Below are positions 1 to 15,000 of a stretch of DNA of 64,000 bases, in pieces. The stretch is taken from contig CM120644.1 in assembly GCA_051362555.1 (NCBI GenBank), positions 14,282,534 to 14,346,533 of the forward strand, written 5' to 3'. This DNA is from Lingula anatina (lineage: Eukaryota > Animalia > Brachiopoda). The notes beneath the pieces are model-generated. The model searched no databases. It was not told where the DNA came from and saw nothing but the letters and a program-made list of their open reading frames with translations. Position numbers and translations under genes: made by a program. Numbering within the stretch: the stretch's first letter is position 1; each line of letters begins with the position of its first letter.

Positions 1-3000
1 ATCTATCCACACCTGTCATTCATAAAAAATGTGGAAACGCGCCCGGGTCACTTCATCAAGGCCCCCAATTCTAGCTTTAAAGATGATCCAAAAATAAGCT
101 CTGAGAACAGAATCTGAGAGGGGGGGGGGGGAGACAGAGTTTTTGCTCTATTTCTTCCTTAATGTTGACACCACCACTCTTCCAGCACTTTATTCTTACT
201 ACAAATGACCGAACACACCTACCTGACACTATAATGAAGAAAAAAAATTTTCATCCCTACCTGGCCAAAATTGAAGAAATCTCACAGTGCCGGCACTGTT
301 CAAAATCACTCAAAATCACCAAAAATCGACCCGTCTCCGATTTTTCCAAAAAGTGACGAAAATCAATCTACCACACCTGTCATTCATAAAAAATGTGGAA
401 ACGCGCCCGGGTCACTTCATCAAGGCCCCCAATTCTAGCTTTAAAGATGATCCAAAAATAAGCTCTGAGAACAGAATCTGAGAGGGGGGGGGGGAGACAG
501 AGTTTTTGCTCTATTTCTTCCTTAATGTTGACACCACCACTCTTCCAGCACTTTATTCTTACTACAAATGACCGAACACACCTACCTGACACTATAATGA
601 AGAAAAAAAATTTTCATCCCTACCTGGCCAAAATTGAAGAAATCTCACAGTGCCGGCACTGTTCAAAATCACTCAAAATCACCAAAAATCGACCCGTCTC
701 CGATTTTTCCAAAAAGTGACGAAAATCAATCTACCACACCTGTCATTCATAAAAAATGTGGAAACGCGCCCGGGTCACTTCATCAAGGCCCCCAATTCTA
801 GCTTTAAAGATGATCCAAAAATAAGCTCTGAGAACAGAATCTGAGAGGGGGGGGGGGGAGACAGAGTTTTTGCTCTATTTCTTCCTTAATGTTGACACCA
901 CCACTCTTCCAGCACTTTATTCTTACTACAAATGACCGAACACACCTACCTGACACTATAATGAAGAAAAAAAATTTTCATCCCTACCTGGCCAAAATTG
1001 AAGAAATCTCACAGTGCCGGCACTGTTCAAAATCACTCAAAATCACCAAAAATCGACCCGTCTCCGATTTTTCCAAAAAGTGACGAAAATCAATCTACCA
1101 CACCTGTCATTCATAAAAAATGTGGAAACGCGCCCGGGTCACTTCATCAAGGCCCCCAATTCTAGCTTTAAAGATGATCCAAAAATAAGCTCTGAGAACA
1201 GAATCTGAGAGGGGGGGGGGGAGACAGAGTTTTTGCTCTATTTCTTCCTTAATGTTGACACCACCACTCTTCCAGCACTTTATTCTTACTACAAATGACC
1301 GAACACACCTACCTGACACTATAATGAAGAAAAAAAATTTTCATCCCTACCTGGCCAAAATTGAAGAAATCTCACAGTGCCGGCACTGTTCAAAATCACT
1401 CAAAATCACCAAAAATCGACCCGTCTCCGATTTTTCCAAAAAGTGACGAAAATCAATCTACCACACCTGTCATTCATAAAAAATGTGGAAACGCGCCCGG
1501 GTCACTTCATCAAGGCCCCCAATTCTAGCTTTAAAGATGATCCAAAAATAAGCTCTGAGAACAGAATCTGAGAGGGGGGGGGGGGAGACAGAGTTTTTGC
1601 TCTATTTCTTCCTTAATGTTGACACCACCACTCTTCCAGCACTTTATTCTTACTACAAATGACCGAACACACCTACCTGACACTATAATGAAGAAAAAAA
1701 ATTTTCATCCCTACCTGGCCAAAATTGAAGAAATCTCACAGTGCCGGCACTGTTCAAAATCACTCAAAATCACCAAAAATCGACCCGTCTCCGATTTTTC
1801 CAAAAAGTGACGAAAATCAATCTACCACACCTGTCATTCATAAAAAATGTGGAAACGCGCCCGGGTCACTTCATCAAGGCCCCCAATTCTAGCTTTAAAG
1901 ATGATCCAAAAATAAGCTCTGAGAACAGAATCTGAGAGGGGGGGGGGAGACAGAGTTTTTGCTCTATTTCTTCCTTAATGTTGACACCACCACTCTTCCA
2001 GCACTTTATTCTTACTACAAATGACCGAACACACCTACCTGACACTATAATGAAGAAAAAAAATTTTCATCCCTACCTGGCCAAAATTGAAGAAATCTCA
2101 CAGTGCCGGCACTGTTCAAAATCACTCAAAATCACCAAAAATCGACCCGTCTCCGATTTTTCCAAAAAGTGACGAAAATCAATCTACCACACCTGTCATT
2201 CATAAAAAATGTGGAAACGCGCCCGGGTCACTTCATCAAGGCCCCCAATTCTAGCTTTAAAGATGATCCAAAAATAAGCTCTGAGAACAGAATCTGAGAG
2301 GGGGGGGGGGGAGACAGAGTTTTTGCTCTATTTCTTCCTTAATGTTGACACCACCACTCTTCCAGCACTTTATTCTTACTACAAATGACCGAACACACCT
2401 ACCTGACACTATAATGAAGAAAAAAAATTTTCATCCCTACCTGGCCAAAATTGAAGAAATCTCACAGTGCCGGCACTGTTCAAAATCACTCAAAATCACC
2501 AAAAATCGACCCGTCTCCGATTTTTCCAAAAAGTGACGAAAATCAATCTACCACACCTGTCATTCATAAAAAATGTGGAAACGCGCCCGGGTCACTTCAT
2601 CAAGGCCCCCAATTCTAGCTTTAAAGATGATCCAAAAATAAGCTCTGAGAACAGAATCTGAGAGGGGGGGGGGGAGACAGAGTTTTTGCTCTATTTCTTC
2701 CTTAATGTTGACACCACCACTCTTCCAGCACTTTATTCTTACTACAAATGACCGAACACACCTACCTGACACTATAATGAAGAAAAAAAATTTTCATCCC
2801 TACCTGGCCAAAATTGAAGAAATCTCACAGTGCCGGCACTGTTCAAAATCACTCAAAATCACCAAAAATCGACCCGTCTCCGATTTTTCCAAAAAGTGAC
2901 GAAAATCAATCTACCACACCTGTCATTCATAAAAAATGTGGAAACGCGCCCGGGTCACTTCATCAAGGCCCCCAATTCTAGCTTTAAAGATGATCCAAAA

Positions 3001-6000
3001 ATAAGCTCTGAGAACAGAATCTGAGAGGGGGGGGGGGAGACAGAGTTTTTGCTCTATTTCTTCCTTAATGTTGACACCACCACTCTTCCAGCACTTTATT
3101 CTTACTACAAATGACCGAACACACCTACCTGACACTATAATGAAGAAAAAAAATTTTCATCCCTACCTGGCCAAAATTGAAGAAATCTCACAGTGCCGGC
3201 ACTGTTCAAAATCACTCAAAATCACCAAAAATCGACCCGTCTCCGATTTTTCCAAAAAGTGACGAAAATCAATCTACCACACCTGTCATTCATAAAAAAT
3301 GTGGAAACGCGCCCGGGTCACTTCATCAAGGCCCCCAATTCTAGCTTTAAAGATGATCCAAAAATAAGCTCTGAGAACAGAATCTGAGAGGGGGGGGGGG
3401 AGACAGAGTTTTTGCTCTATTTCTTCCTTAATGTTGACACCACCACTCTTCCAGCACTTTATTCTTACTACAAATGACCGAACACACCTACCTGACACTA
3501 TAATGAAGAAAAAAAATTTTCATCCCTACCTGGCCAAAATTGAAGAAATCTCACAGTGCCGGCACTGTTCAAAATCACTCAAAATCACCAAAAATCGACC
3601 CGTCTCCGATTTTTCCAAAAAGTGACGAAAATCAATCTACCACACCTGTCATTCATAAAAAATGTGGAAACGCGCCCGGGTCACTTCATCAAGGCCCCCA
3701 ATTCTAGCTTTAAAGATGATCCAAAAATAAGCTCTGAGAACAGAATCTGAGAGGGGGGGGGGGAGACAGAGTTTTTGCTCTATTTCTTCCTTAATGTTGA
3801 CACCACCACTCTTCCAGCACTTTATTCTTACTACAAATGACCGAACACACCTACCTGACACTATAATGAAGAAAAAAAATTTTCATCCCTACCTGGCCAA
3901 AATTGAAGAAATCTCACAGTGCCGGCACTGTTCAAAATCACTCAAAATCACCAAAAATCGACCCGTCTCCGATTTTTCCAAAAAGTGACGAAAATCAATC
4001 TACCACACCTGTCATTCATAAAAAATGTGGAAACGCGCCCGGGTCACTTCATCAAGGCCCCCAATTCTAGCTTTAAAGATGATCCAAAAATAAGCTCTGA
4101 GAACAGAATCTGAGAGGGGGGGGGGGGAGACAGAGTTTTTGCTCTATTTCTTCCTTAATGTTGACACCACCACTCTTCCAGCACTTTATTCTTACTACAA
4201 ATGACCGAACACACCTACCTGACACTATAATGAAGAAAAAAAATTTTCATCCCTACCTGGCCAAAATTGAAGAAATCTCACAGTGCCGGCACTGTTCAAA
4301 ATCACTCAAAATCACCAAAAATCGACCCGTCTCCGATTTTTCCAAAAAGTGACGAAAATCAATCTACCACACCTGTCATTCATAAAAAATGTGGAAACGC
4401 GCCCGGGTCACTTCATCAAGGCCCCCAATTCTAGCTTTAAAGATGATCCAAAAATAAGCTCTGAGAACAGAATCTGAGAGGGGGGGGGGGGAGACAGAGT
4501 TTTTGCTCTATTTCTTCCTTAATGTTGACACCACCACTCTTCCAGCACTTTATTCTTACTACAAATGACCGAACACACCTACCTGACACTATAATGAAGA
4601 AAAAAAATTTTCATCCCTACCTGGCCAAAATTGAAGAAATCTCACAGTGCCGGCACTGTTCAAAATCACTCAAAATCACCAAAAATCGACCCGTCTCCGA
4701 TTTTTCCAAAAAGTGACGAAAATCAATCTACCACACCTGTCATTCATAAAAAATGTGGAAACGCGCCCGGGTCACTTCATCAAGGCCCCCAATTCTAGCT
4801 TTAAAGATGATCCAAAAATAAGCTCTGAGAACAGAATCTGAGAGGGGGGGGGGGGAGACAGAGTTTTTGCTCTATTTCTTCCTTAATGTTGACACCACCA
4901 CTCTTCCAGCACTTTATTCTTACTACAAATGACCGAACACACCTACCTGACACTATAATGAAGAAAAAAAATTTTCATCCCTACCTGGCCAAAATTGAAG
5001 AAATCTCACAGTGCCGGCACTGTTCAAAATCACTCAAAATCACCAAAAATCGACCCGTCTCCGATTTTTCCAAAAAGTGACGAAAATCAATCTACCACAC
5101 CTGTCATTCATAAAAAATGTGGAAACGCGCCCGGGTCACTTCATCAAGGCCCCCAATTCTAGCTTTAAAGATGATCCAAAAATAAGCTCTGAGAACAGAA
5201 TCTGAGAGGGGGGGGGGGGAGACAGAGTTTTTGCTCTATTTCTTCCTTAATGTTGACACCACCACTCTTCCAGCACTTTATTCTTACTACAAATGACCGA
5301 ACACACCTACCTGACACTATAATGAAGAAAAAAAATTTTCATCCCTACCTGGCCAAAATTGAAGAAATCTCACAGTGCCGGCACTGTTCAAAATCACTCA
5401 AAATCACCAAAAATCGACCCGTCTCCGATTTTTCCAAAAAGTGACGAAAATCAATCTACCACACCTGTCATTCATAAAAAATGTGGAAACGCGCCCGGGT
5501 CACTTCATCAAGGCCCCCAATTCTAGCTTTAAAGATGATCCAAAAATAAGCTCTGAGAACAGAATCTGAGAGGGGGGGGGGGGAGACAGAGTTTTTGCTC
5601 TATTTCTTCCTTAATGTTGACACCACCACTCTTCCAGCACTTTATTCTTACTACAAATGACCGAACACACCTACCTGACACTATAATGAAGAAAAAAAAT
5701 TTTCATCCCTACCTGGCCAAAATTGAAGAAATCTCACAGTGCCGGCACTGTTCAAAATCACTCAAAATCACCAAAAATCGACCCGTCTCCGATTTTTCCA
5801 AAAAGTGACGAAAATCAATCTACCACACCTGTCATTCATAAAAAATGTGGAAACGCGCCCGGGTCACTTCATCAAGGCCCCCAATTCTAGCTTTAAAGAT
5901 GATCCAAAAATAAGCTCTGAGAACAGAATCTGAGAGGGGGGGGGGGAGACAGAGTTTTTGCTCTATTTCTTCCTTAATGTTGACACCACCACTCTTCCAG

Positions 6001-9000
6001 CACTTTATTCTTACTACAAATGACCGAACACACCTACCTGACACTATAATGAAGAAAAAAAATTTTCATCCCTACCTGGCCAAAATTGAAGAAATCTCAC
6101 AGTGCCGGCACTGTTCAAAATCACTCAAAATCACCAAAAATCGACCCGTCTCCGATTTTTCCAAAAAGTGACGAAAATCAATCTACCACACCTGTCATTC
6201 ATAAAAAATGTGGAAACGCGCCCGGGTCACTTCATCAAGGCCCCCAATTCTAGCTTTAAAGATGATCCAAAAATAAGCTCTGAGAACAGAATCTGAGAGG
6301 GGGGGGGGGAGACAGAGTTTTTGCTCTATTTCTTCCTTAATGTTGACACCACCACTCTTCCAGCACTTTATTCTTACTACAAATGACCGAACACACCTAC
6401 CTGACACTATAATGAAGAAAAAAAATTTTCATCCCTACCTGGCCAAAATTGAAGAAATCTCACAGTGCCGGCACTGTTCAAAATCACTCAAAATCACCAA
6501 AAATCGACCCGTCTCCGATTTTTCCAAAAAGTGACGAAAATCAATCTACCACACCTGTCATTCATAAAAAATGTGGAAACGCGCCCGGGTCACTTCATCA
6601 AGGCCCCCAATTCTAGCTTTAAAGATGATCCAAAAATAAGCTCTGAGAACAGAATCTGAGAGGGGGGGGGGGGAGACAGAGTTTTTGCTCTATTTCTTCC
6701 TTAATGTTGACACCACCACTCTTCCAGCACTTTATTCTTACTACAAATGACCGAACACACCTACCTGACACTATAATGAAGAAAAAAAATTTTCATCCCT
6801 ACCTGGCCAAAATTGAAGAAATCTCACAGTGCCGGCACTGTTCAAAATCACTCAAAATCACCAAAAATCGACCCGTCTCCGATTTTTCCAAAAAGTGACG
6901 AAAATCAATCTACCACACCTGTCATTCATAAAAAATGTGGAAACGCGCCCGGGTCACTTCATCAAGGCCCCCAATTCTAGCTTTAAAGATGATCCAAAAA
7001 TAAGCTCTGAGAACAGAATCTGAGAGGGGGGGGGGGAGACAGAGTTTTTGCTCTATTTCTTCCTTAATGTTGACACCACCACTCTTCCAGCACTTTATTC
7101 TTACTACAAATGACCGAACACACCTACCTGACACTATAATGAAGAAAAAAAATTTTCATCCCTACCTGGCCAAAATTGAAGAAATCTCACAGTGCCGGCA
7201 CTGTTCAAAATCACTCAAAATCACCAAAAATCGACCCGTCTCCGATTTTTCCAAAAAGTGACGAAAATCAATCTACCACACCTGTCATTCATAAAAAATG
7301 TGGAAACGCGCCCGGGTCACTTCATCAAGGCCCCCAATTCTAGCTTTAAAGATGATCCAAAAATAAGCTCTGAGAACAGAATCTGAGAGGGGGGGGGGGG
7401 AGACAGAGTTTTTGCTCTATTTCTTCCTTAATGTTGACACCACCACTCTTCCAGCACTTTATTCTTACTACAAATGACCGAACACACCTACCTGACACTA
7501 TAATGAAGAAAAAAAATTTTCATCCCTACCTGGCCAAAATTGAAGAAATCTCACAGTGCCGGCACTGTTCAAAATCACTCAAAATCACCAAAAATCGACC
7601 CGTCTCCGATTTTTCCAAAAAGTGACGAAAATCAATCTACCACACCTGTCATTCATAAAAAATGTGGAAACGCGCCCGGGTCACTTCATCAAGGCCCCCA
7701 ATTCTAGCTTTAAAGATGATCCAAAAATAAGCTCTGAGAACAGAATCTGAGAGGGGGGGGGGGGAGACAGAGTTTTTGCTCTATTTCTTCCTTAATGTTG
7801 ACACCACCACTCTTCCAGCACTTTATTCTTACTACAAATGACCGAACACACCTACCTGACACTATAATGAAGAAAAAAAATTTTCATCCCTACCTGGCCA
7901 AAATTGAAGAAATCTCACAGTGCCGGCACTGTTCAAAATCACTCAAAATCACCAAAAATCGACCCGTCTCCGATTTTTCCAAAAAGTGACGAAAATCAAT
8001 CTACCACACCTGTCATTCATAAAAAATGTGGAAACGCGCCCGGGTCACTTCATCAAGGCCCCCAATTCTAGCTTTAAAGATGATCCAAAAATAAGCTCTG
8101 AGAACAGAATCTGAGAGGGGGGGGGGGGAGACAGAGTTTTTGCTCTATTTCTTCCTTAATGTTGACACCACCACTCTTCCAGCACTTTATTCTTACTACA
8201 AATGACCGAACACACCTACCTGACACTATAATGAAGAAAAAAAATTTTCATCCCTACCTGGCCAAAATTGAAGAAATCTCACAGTGCCGGCACTGTTCAA
8301 AATCACTCAAAATCACCAAAAATCGACCCGTCTCCGATTTTTCCAAAAAGTGACGAAAATCAATCTACCACACCTGTCATTCATAAAAAATGTGGAAACG
8401 CGCCCGGGTCACTTCATCAAGGCCCCCAATTCTAGCTTTAAAGATGATCCAAAAATAAGCTCTGAGAACAGAATCTGAGAGGGGGGGGGGGGAGACAGAG
8501 TTTTTGCTCTATTTCTTCCTTAATGTTGACACCACCACTCTTCCAGCACTTTATTCTTACTACAAATGACCGAACACACCTACCTGACACTATAATGAAG
8601 AAAAAAAATTTTCATCCCTACCTGGCCAAAATTGAAGAAATCTCACAGTGCCGGCACTGTTCAAAATCACTCAAAATCACCAAAAATCGACCCGTCTCCG
8701 ATTTTTCCAAAAAGTGACGAAAATCAATCTACCACACCTGTCATTCATAAAAAATGTGGAAACGCGCCCGGGTCACTTCATCAAGGCCCCCAATTCTAGC
8801 TTTAAAGATGATCCAAAAATAAGCTCTGAGAACAGAATCTGAGAGGGGGGGGGGGAGACAGAGTTTTTGCTCTATTTCTTCCTTAATGTTGACACCACCA
8901 CTCTTCCAGCACTTTATTCTTACTACAAATGACCGAACACACCTACCTGACACTATAATGAAGAAAAAAAATTTTCATCCCTACCTGGCCAAAATTGAAG

Positions 9001-12000
9001 AAATCTCACAGTGCCGGCACTGTTCAAAATCACTCAAAATCACCAAAAATCGACCCGTCTCCGATTTTTCCAAAAAGTGACGAAAATCAATCTACCACAC
9101 CTGTCATTCATAAAAAATGTGGAAACGCGCCCGGGTCACTTCATCAAGGCCCCCAATTCTAGCTTTAAAGATGATCCAAAAATAAGCTCTGAGAACAGAA
9201 TCTGAGAGGGGGGGGGGGGGAGACAGAGTTTTTGCTCTATTTCTTCCTTAATGTTGACACCACCACTCTTCCAGCACTTTATTCTTACTACAAATGACCG
9301 AACACACCTACCTGACACTATAATGAAGAAAAAAAATTTTCATCCCTACCTGGCCAAAATTGAAGAAATCTCACAGTGCCGGCACTGTTCAAAATCACTC
9401 AAAATCACCAAAAATCGACCCGTCTCCGATTTTTCCAAAAAGTGACGAAAATCAATCTACCACACCTGTCATTCATAAAAAATGTGGAAACGCGCCCGGG
9501 TCACTTCATCAAGGCCCCCAATTCTAGCTTTAAAGATGATCCAAAAATAAGCTCTGAGAACAGAATCTGAGAGGGGGGGGGGGGAGACAGAGTTTTTGCT
9601 CTATTTCTTCCTTAATGTTGACACCACCACTCTTCCAGCACTTTATTCTTACTACAAATGACCGAACACACCTACCTGACACTATAATGAAGAAAAAAAA
9701 TTTTCATCCCTACCTGGCCAAAATTGAAGAAATCTCACAGTGCCGGCACTGTTCAAAATCACTCAAAATCACCAAAAATCGACCCGTCTCCGATTTTTCC
9801 AAAAAGTGACGAAAATCAATCTACCACACCTGTCATTCATAAAAAATGTGGAAACGCGCCCGGGTCACTTCATCAAGGCCCCCAATTCTAGCTTTAAAGA
9901 TGATCCAAAAATAAGCTCTGAGAACAGAATCTGAGAGGGGGGGGGGGGAGACAGAGTTTTTGCTCTATTTCTTCCTTAATGTTGACACCACCACTCTTCC
10001 AGCACTTTATTCTTACTACAAATGACCGAACACACCTACCTGACACTATAATGAAGAAAAAAAATTTTCATCCCTACCTGGCCAAAATTGAAGAAATCTC
10101 ACAGTGCCGGCACTGTTCAAAATCACTCAAAATCACCAAAAATCGACTCGTCTCCGATTTTTCCAAAAAGTGACGAAAATCAATCTACCACACCTGTCAT
10201 TCATAAAAAATGTGGAAACGCGCCCGGGTCACTTCATCAAGGCCCCCAATTCTAGCTTTAAAGATGATCCAAAAATAAGCTCTGAGAACAGAATCTGAGA
10301 GGGGGGGGGGGAGACAGAGTTTTTGCTCTATTTCTTCCTTAATGTTGACACCACCACTCTTCCAGCACTTTAATTCTTACTACAAATGACCGAACACACC
10401 TACCTGACACTATAATGAAGAAAAAAAATTTTCATCCCTACCTGGCCAAAATTGAAGAAATCTCACAGTGCCGGCACTGTTCAAAATCACTCAAAATCAC
10501 CAAAAATCGACCCGTCTCCGATTTTTCCAAAAAGTGACGAAAATCAATCTACCACACCTGTCATTCATAAAAAATGTGGAAACGCGCCCGAGTCACTTCA
10601 TCAAGGCCCCCAATTCTAGCTTTAAAGATGATCCAAAAATAAGCTCTGAGAACAGAATCTGAGAGGGGGGGGGGAGACAGAGTTTTTGCTCTATTTCTTC
10701 CTTAATGTTGACACCACCACTCTTCCAGCACTTTATTCTTACTACAAATGACCGAACACACCTACCTGACACTATAATGAAGAAAAAAAATTTTCATCCC
10801 TACCTGGCCAAAATTGAAGAAATCTCACAGTGCCGGCACTGTTCAAAATCACTCAAAATCACCAAAAATCGACCCGTCTCCGATTTTTCCAAAAAGTGAC
10901 GAAAATCAATCTACCACACCTGTCATTCATAAAAAATGTGGAAACGCGCCCGGGTCACTTCATCAAGGCCCCCAATTCTAGCTTTAAAGATGATCCAAAA
11001 ATAAGCTCTGAGAACAGAATCTGAGAGGGGGGGGGGGAGACAGAGTTTTTGCTCTATTTCTTCCTTAATGTTGACACCACCACTCTTCCAGCACTTTATT
11101 CTTACTACAAATGACCGAACACACCTACCTGACACTATAATGAAGAAAAAAAATTTTCATCCCTACCTGGCCAAAATTGAAGAAATCTCACAGTGCCGGC
11201 ACTGTTCAAAATCACTCAAAATCACCAAAAATCGACCCGTCTCCGATTTTTCCAAAAAGTGATGAAAATCAATCTACCACACCTGTCATTCATAAAAAAT
11301 GTGGAAACGCGCCCGGGTCACTTCATCAAGGCCCCCAATTCTAGCTTTAAAGATGATCCAAAAATAAGCTCTGAGAACAGAATCTGAGAGGGGGGGGGGG
11401 AGACAGAGTTTTTGCTCTATTTCTTCCTTAATGTTGACACCACCACTCTTCCAGCACTTTATTCTTACTACAAATGACCGAACACACCTACCTGACACTA
11501 TAATGAAGAAAAAAAATTTTCATCCCTACCTGGCCAAAATTGAAGAAATCTCACAGTGCCGGCACTGTTCAAAATCACTCAAAATCACCAAAAATCGACC
11601 CGTCTCCGATTTTTCCAAAAAGTGACGAAAATCAATCTACCACACCTGTCATTCATAAAAAATGTGGAAACGCGCCCGAGTCACTTCATCAAGGCCCCCA
11701 ATTCTAGCTTTAAAGATGATCCAAAAATAAGCTCTGAGAACAGAATCTGAGAGGGGGGGGGGGAGACAGAGTTTTTGCTCTATTTCTTCCTTAATGTTGA
11801 CACCACCACTCTTCCAGCACTTTATTCTTACTACAAATGACCGAACACACCTACCTGACACTATAATGAAGAAAAAAAATTTTCATCCCTACCTGGCCAA
11901 AATTGAAGAAATCTCACAGTGCCGGCACTGTTCAAAATCACTCAAAATCACCAAAAATCGACCCATCTCCGATTTTTCCAAAAAGTGACGAAAATCAATC

Positions 12001-15000
12001 TACCACACCTGTCATTCATAAAAAATGTGGAAACGCGCCCGGGTCACTTCATCAAGGCCCCCAATTCTAGCTTTAAAGATGATCCAAAAATAAGCTCTGA
12101 GAACAGAATCTGAGAGGGGTGGGGGAGACAGAGTTTTTGCTCTATTTCTTCCTTAATGTTGACACCACCACTCTTCCAGCACTTTATTCTTACTACAAAT
12201 GACCGAACACACCTACCTGACACTATAATGAAGAAAAAAAATTTTCATCCCTACCTGGCCAAAATTGAAGAAATCTCACAGTGCCGGCACTGTTCAAAAT
12301 CACTCAAAATCACCAAAAATCGACCCATCTCCGATTTTTCCAAAAAGTGACGAAAATCAATCTACCACACCTGTCATTCATAAAAAATGTGGAAACGCGC
12401 CCGGGTCACTTCATCAAGGCCCCCAATTCTAGCTTTAAAGATGATCCAAAAATAAGCTCTGAGAACAGAATCTGAGAGGGGGGGGGGGGGAGACAGAGTT
12501 TTTGCTCTATTTCTTCCTTAATGTTGACACCACCACTCTTCCAGCACTTTATTCTTACTACAAATGACCGAACACACCTACCTGACACTATAATGAAGAA
12601 AAAAAATTTTCATCCCTACCTGGCCAAAATTGAAGAAATCTCACAGTGCCGGCACTGTTCAAAATCACTCAAAATCAACAAAAATCGACCCGTCTCCGAT
12701 TTTTCCAAAAAGTGACGAAAATCAATCTACCACACCTGTCATTCATAAAAAATGTGGAAACGCGCCCGGGTCACTTCATCAAGGCCCCCAATTCTAGCTT
12801 TAAAGATGATCCAAAAATAAGCTCTGAGAACAGAATCTGAGAGGGGGGGGGGGGGGGAGACAGAGTTTTTGCTCTATTTCTTCCTTAATGTTGACACCAC
12901 CACTCTTCCAGCACTTTATTCTTACTACAAATGACCGAACACACCTACCTGACACTATAATGAAGAAAAAAAATTTTCATCCCTACCTGGCCAAAATTGA
13001 AGAAATCTCACAGTGCCGGCACTGTTCAAAATCACTCAAAATCACCAAAAATCGACCCGTCTCCGATTTTTCCAAAAAGTGACGAAAATCAATCTACCAC
13101 ACCTGTCATTCATAAAAAATGTGGAAACGCGCCCGGGTCACTTCATCAAGGCCCCCAATTCTAGCTTTAAAGATGATCCAAAAATAAGCTCTGAGAACAG
13201 AATCTGAGAGGGGGGGGGGGGAGACAGAGTTTTTGCTCTATTTCTTCCTTAATGTTGACACCACCACTCTTCCAGCACTTTATTCTTACTACAAATGACC
13301 GAACACACCTACCTGACACTATAATGAAGAAAAAAAATTTTCATCCCTACCTGGCCAAAATTGAAGAAATCTCACAGTGCCGGCACTGTTCAAAATCACT
13401 CAAAATCACCAAAAATCGACCCGTCTCCGATTTTTCCAAAAAGTGACGAAAATCAATCTACCACACCTGTCATTCATAAAAAATGTGGAAACGCGCCCGG
13501 GTCACTTCATCAAGGCCCCCAATTCTAGCTTTAAAGATGATCCAAAAATAAGCTCTGAGAACAGAATCTGAGAGGGGGGGGGGGAGACAGAGTTTTTGCT
13601 CTATTTCTTCCTTAATGTTGACACCACCACTCTTCCAGCACTTTATTCTTACTACAAATGACCGAACACACCTACCTGACACTATAATGAAGAAAAAAAA
13701 TTTTCATCCCTACCTGGCCAAAATTGAAGAAATCTCACAGTGCCGGCACTGTTCAAAATCACTCAAAATCACCAAAAATCGACCCGTCTCCGATTTTTCC
13801 AAAAAGTGACGAAAATCAATCTACCACACCTGTCATTCATAAAAAATGTGGAAACGCGCCCGGGTCACTTCATCAAGGCCCCCAATTCTAGCTTTAAAGA
13901 TGATCCAAAAATAAGCTCTGAGAACAGAATCTGAGAGGGGGGGGGGGAGACAGAGTTTTTGCTCTATTTCTTCCTTAATGTTGACACCACCACTCTTCCA
14001 GCACTTTATTCTTACTACAAATGACCGAACACACCTACCTGACACTATAATGAAGAAAAAAAATTTTCATCCCTACCTGGCCAAAATTGAAGAAATCTCA
14101 CAGTGCCGGCACTGTTCAAAATCACTCAAAATCACCAAAAATCGACCCGTCTCCGATTTTTCCAAAAAGTGACGAAAATCAATCTACCACACCTGTCATT
14201 CATAAAAAATGTGGAAACGCGCCCGGGTCACTTCATCAAGGCCCCCAATTCTAGCTTTAAAGATGATCCAAAAATAAGCTCTGAGAACAGAATCTGAGAG
14301 GGGGGGGGGGAGACAGAGTTTTTGCTCTATTTCTTCCTTAATGTTGACACCACCACTCTTCCAGCACTTTATTCTTACTACAAATGACCGAACACACCTA
14401 CCTGACACTATAATGAAGAAAAAAAATTTTCATCCCTACCTGGCCAAAATTGAAGAAATCTCACAGTGCCGGCACTGTTCAAAATCACTCAAAATCACCA
14501 AAAATCGACCCGTCTCCGATTTTTCCAAAAAGTGACGAAAATCAATCTACCACACCTGTCATTCATAAAAAATGTGGAAACGCGCCCGGGTCACTTCATC
14601 AAGGCCCCCAATTCTAGCTTTAAAGATGATCCAAAAATAAGCTCTGAGAACAGAATCTGAGAGGGGGGGGGGGAGACAGAGTTTTTGCTCTATTTCTTCC
14701 TTAATGTTGACACCACCACTCTTCCAGCACTTTATTCTTACTACAAATGACCGAACACACCTACCTGACACTATAATGAAGAAAAAAAATTTTCATCCCT
14801 ACCTGGCCAAAATTGAAGAAATCTCACAGTGCCGGCACTGTTCAAAATCACTCAAAATCACCAAAAATCGACCCGTCTCCGATTTTTCCAAAAAGTGACG
14901 AAAATCAATCTACCACACCTGTCATTCATAAAAAATGTGGAAACGCGCCCGGGTCACTTCATCAAGGCCCCCAATTCTAGCTTTAAAGATGATCCAAAAA

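Noticed and set aside
1-363. Monomer as a 5S rRNA, tRNA, snRNA or spliced-leader gene repeat
   Set aside because: I could not recognise any 5S, tRNA, U-snRNA or SL sequence on either strand. An Rfam scan would be the definitive test.
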